From Flaccisagitta enflata (Eukaryota), in NCBI GenBank assembly GCA_965153355.1, contig OZ231126.1, forward strand, positions 32,922,001 to 32,986,000: a stretch of DNA of 64,000 nucleotides, in the 5' to 3' direction. Positions 1 through 64,000 of this stretch are shown in pieces. Every line of letters starts with the position of its first letter. Position 1 is the stretch's first letter. Both the position numbers and the translations under genes were made by a program. The notes beneath the pieces are model-generated. The model was not told the DNA's origin. It made no database searches and was given only the letters and a program-made list of their open reading frames with translations.

Positions 1-413
1 TTGTTGTTGTTGTTGTTTTTGTCATTCGTCCATACGCCTATATTTTCGTGTAACACGGTATTAAGCCCACCTGGCAAAAATCTCTAGTCATTGAATATTG
101 TTTGCGCCATCTGTTAGCTCTTCATCATTACGCGAGTCACGAACCATCTGTTCTCTGCTCTTTGAATCCATCCGATATCGTTTCATCCTCGTTCTCTTTT
201 CTTCCATCTTTCTTCCTCTTTGGCCGTTTTCCCATTCCTCACCCATGTACCCACCCCTCCCCAATTCGCTTCACCATAGTCATCCCCATCCAATCGCCTA
301 CATTCATCCCCAATTTTCCCGATCCAATCCCCATCGGGGTCTTCCAATCCCCTATCTCCATACTCTTCCAAATACCCATCCCCATCCCCAATAACCATCT
401 CCATCTCGTTCAG

Positions 414-60011
<59,598 letters not shown>

Positions 60012-60496
60012 TTTGTTTACGATTTTAAAAATTCAATCAAAGTGTTTGTGACAATAGTGCTTCATGTGATCCACAAAAAGCATGCAAACAAACAAATCAA
60101 CTTAAAAAAAGACGTTACAACTGCTCCTCTACACGTGGTTGCGTTGTATCCCCACGCTTGTGTTCATGCGTGTCTCTTCATAATCGTGCTCCCGCCTCCC
60201 TTAAATTGTTCCACGATGTCGTCCACGTTTCTTATTAAGTCATTTTGATGTATTTAAGGAAAAAAAAAAGCCACATTTTGCTGTTCACGGCTTTGTCAGA
60301 GGATGAATGAAACGATCGCAGTCGATTTAGTCATTTTTTGGCCGCTGACTTGTCGACTTTCCTTCGTTTCATTCAAACGTCTTCTTTTATCACTTCACTT
60401 CTCTTTTTTGTCACCTGTAATTCCTCGTGAATCTTAAACAAACAAAAAACTTTGTCTGCCACACAAACCAACGACTGTTTTCATCAGTGTTTGAAA

Positions 60497-60590
<94 letters not shown>

Positions 60591-61122
60591 ATTCATGTCC
60601 CATCTACCCATTCCTCTGTTAGGAAATACGGCGCAACTCTAATTACTGTTTTAATTTGACTGGCGTCAACCCTTATAATTGTCTCAAGATTTCAACGCTG
60701 TTAACAATTGAAAGGGATGATAACAGGTACAGGCCGAAAAGTACGATCCCTGTTATCAAATTATCTATGAGTTTTTTTTCACACCGGCCTATAAACCCTC
60801 GAGATGCGCCATATTCCGACGACACAAATGTTCTCAACAATTTACGTAAATATTTTTCTTTTTTTTGTCTCTATTTTTTCTTCCAACAGTTCTACAGCCA
60901 CGTTGCAGCCTATTTTGAAAGTAGCACCGCTGCAATCCCCGGGACCCTTGCCCCCTGTGCCATTTGAAATTAATTAAGCCAGAAAAGAAAAGAAAAAATG
61001 GTAATTTTTTATCCCACATTTCATTTATTTTTAATTTTGTATTCCGTAGTGCACGCGACCACGCGGCGAAATTGCGAGCCGTCATTTGTTTTTTCACCTC
61101 TGCATTTTGCTGCTGCTGAAAC

Positions 61123-61153
<31 letters not shown>

Positions 61154-62999
61154 TTATAGTTGAAAAGCGAGTGTCAAGCATCGCGTAACCGCGCGTCTCG
61201 ATCTGCGAAATCATTAAGATACGCATGAAGTTTTTTTGTTTTCTTGAATTCAAGGGTTATGAAAAAGGAGGCAAAAAGCAAAATTATCACATGAATGCAA
61301 AACCATAGAAAAAAAAGAAAAAAAAAGGGGCACAACATTCTTTTGCTTCACAAGAAATTCATGGTCACTTTTACTGCTTGCGCTTTTTCACTTTAGTTTC
61401 TTTTTCTTTTCTGTTTGCAATCACACGCTTTTGGTTGGCACTGTTGTTTTTGCCGGTAGTGTAAAGACTATTTTCTCATACATGATAAACAAAGACATTG
61501 AATTTTCATTGCGGAAAACAGACAACGGATAATGATTTAAAATGTCTACACCATTAATCCATACTTTCCTCCTCTTTTTCTTTTACCCCGGCCTTATTGT
61601 TTTTCTTTCAACGTCTCAAAAAAAAAACAAAAAGGATCCTTTTGTCAATCAAAGGCGCTGAAGAAGCTGAAGGAAAAGCGCTCGCAGTTCGACAATTTAT
61701 TGAAAAAATCACCGACATATTTTGAGTGAAATATTTGGTGGGGGAATTATGGAATTTGAAAAAAAATAAGGGAGTCATTTAGCTTCCAAAAAAGGCCCAT
61801 CTTTTTCTCTCTCTCCCTCCCCCCCCCCACATGCCCCCCTTCTTACTTCTTGTCCATGGTCTCCCGCATCCCTTTAGTGCTGAAAAAAAAAAATGACGCA
61901 CTTGGTATATATATAGAGTTGCATATCACTTTCTTTCTGTTTTGTTAATGTTAGAAATTCACGCAACCAAGAGATAGGACGTTATTTATTTCCATCTTTT
62001 CTTTCTTGAAATACCTATCTGCTTTAATTTGGCGTGAATTAAGACAACCAAACACGAAAGAAACTATTTCTTCAATGGAACATTTATTTTGCTTCTAAAG
62101 AAAAGTGTCATGTACAATGTACATATACGTGTCCCGGTTGTTTTTTTCAAACAAACCAACAAACGAAAACAAGCAACATATTCCAACATAAAGTTTTCTA
62201 TGTGGGCTCTGGGTTGCCTAGTCCGCGGAAGATTCTACGTGATAATGGCTTCTATATCGACTTTTTTGTTGCTTTGTCAATTTCGCCTCAAGCTGTTGGT
62301 GGGGTTTACATACTAAGTCACATGAGCCGATTAAATCAATTGAAGTTGTTAAGTTAGTCTCTCTAATCACCCAGTTTTAGATAAGAATTATACAATAAGG
62401 TCAATATTTCAAGGAACTGAAAAGAAAAAACGCGATAATTTGTTTTCTTTAGACGCCCATATTTCAATTTTCAAGGCCAAACGCGTGGGACCACCATCAC
62501 CTTGCTTAACGTGTTTCATGTACATATACATTATATTTATCTATGATGACTGGTCATTGACTACTAATACAATGTTGCAACATTCTCACTTTTTGCAGTA
62601 CACATAATGCGTAGATTTCTCATAACACTTGAAAAGAGCGAGGAATTTTTCATCAAAGGTAAAAAGCTCATATCATAAATTAGGAAGAAAAAAATGATCT
62701 AGATTGATTCCCCCGAAAGTCTCATCCATTCATATGAAAGGCATTTTTTTTACATGAAATCATTTTGTAACCATTTTATTAGAAAATGAACAAAGACTTT
62801 TCTCTACTGATCTCAATAAGAATATTTTTCTCCGATCTCTGTCAGTCAAATTGCGCTTTGATTTATACCAAATTTCCATCTCGCAATGAACGACGGTCTA
62901 TCTTTTCTGCTCTCAATAGAATGTAAGGTTCCTTTGTCAGAGACGCTTTCATCTCCTAATCAGCACTTTCTGTATTCCTCTCTGCCTGTTTTCGTCTCT

Positions 63000-63018
63000 G
63001 TCTTTCTTTCATTCTTTC

Positions 63019-63108
<90 letters not shown>

Positions 63109-63130
63109 TTTCTTTCTACTTCTTTCTATT

Positions 63131-63209
<79 letters not shown>

Positions 63210-63330
63210 GTCTTTCTTTCTGTCTTTCTTTCTTTCTTTCTTTCTTTCTGTCTTTCTTTCTATCTTTCTTTCTTCCATTCATTCATGCATGCATTCATTC
63301 ATTCATTCATTCATTCATTCATTCATTCGT
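63000..63330. repeat. (TTTC)n-(TTCA)n microsatellite
   Basis: Seen directly. Confidence 0.9.
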
Positions 63331-63544
63331 CCATTCGTCCGTTCTTTTTTTCTTTCTTACTCTCTTCTCTCTTTCCCCTACGTGTCCTAACCCAGTTGTT
63401 TAAAACGGGACCCGGCCTCCCTCAAACCGATTTCATTGCAATTGTGACATAATGACTCAATTTGCATGATGACAAATGCGAGAGAAAAATGATGCAACAA
63501 ATTTGCGTAATAAAAAACGGTGCACAAACTCTGCCGACTTTCCG

Positions 63545-63647
<103 letters not shown>

Positions 63648-64000
63648 CTTGATTGTATCTCTTCTCATTACATTCAAGCTCGTTTTCCCGCTCTCTTTCC
63701 CTGAACAATTTTGTTTTCTGCTACTTTATATCATGAATCCTCTCTCAACCAAAAATCTCCTTCCCAGTCTCTAAGTCCCCCCTTTATCATGCCCCTCCCT
63801 GTTCTTACGTCGTCCAACCCCTTCTTTTAGCCACACTCATGTTTTCTGCGTAATCTTTCAAAAGAACAACAACAAAAGAAAAAAATGAATGCAATGCAAA
63901 TATTTAAATGTATTCGAAAAGAAAATTTCCACGTTGTTGTCATCTTTTCAAATTTCGTTAAGGAACAGCTATCAATTTCCTTCTCTCCCTCCTGAAAACG

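Overview
This is eukaryotic, non-chordate animal genomic DNA that is very rich in microsatellites. The window holds the 3' part of one + strand gene, a type-III / DN-cadherin (CadN)-like classical cadherin. I rebuilt 40 GT-AG exons by hand (414..60011, 6351 nt, 2116 aa plus TGA), and every intron phase is consistent. They encode 9 cadherin repeats, the non-chordate (NC/PCCD, SEA-like) domain, EGF-LamG-EGF-LamG-EGF, a transmembrane helix and a catenin-binding tail. The 5' end lies upstream of the window. The introns carry two Helentron-associated (DINE-1/HINE-like) families, three large foldback/palindromic DNA elements, TA-flanked MITEs, a full-length tRNA-SINE with a TSD, and a 5'-truncated R4/Dong-type retrotransposon inside a (GA)n tract. 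The most notable observation is in the NC domain: the conserved autoproteolysis motif (AHG|SPYY in DN/DE-cadherin) is replaced by a 35-aa insert between two polybasic furin-type sites. The p120-binding GGG core also reads GPG. Almost all ORFs in the supplied track are microsatellite artefacts. All family assignments come from motif recognition; no database searches were run.
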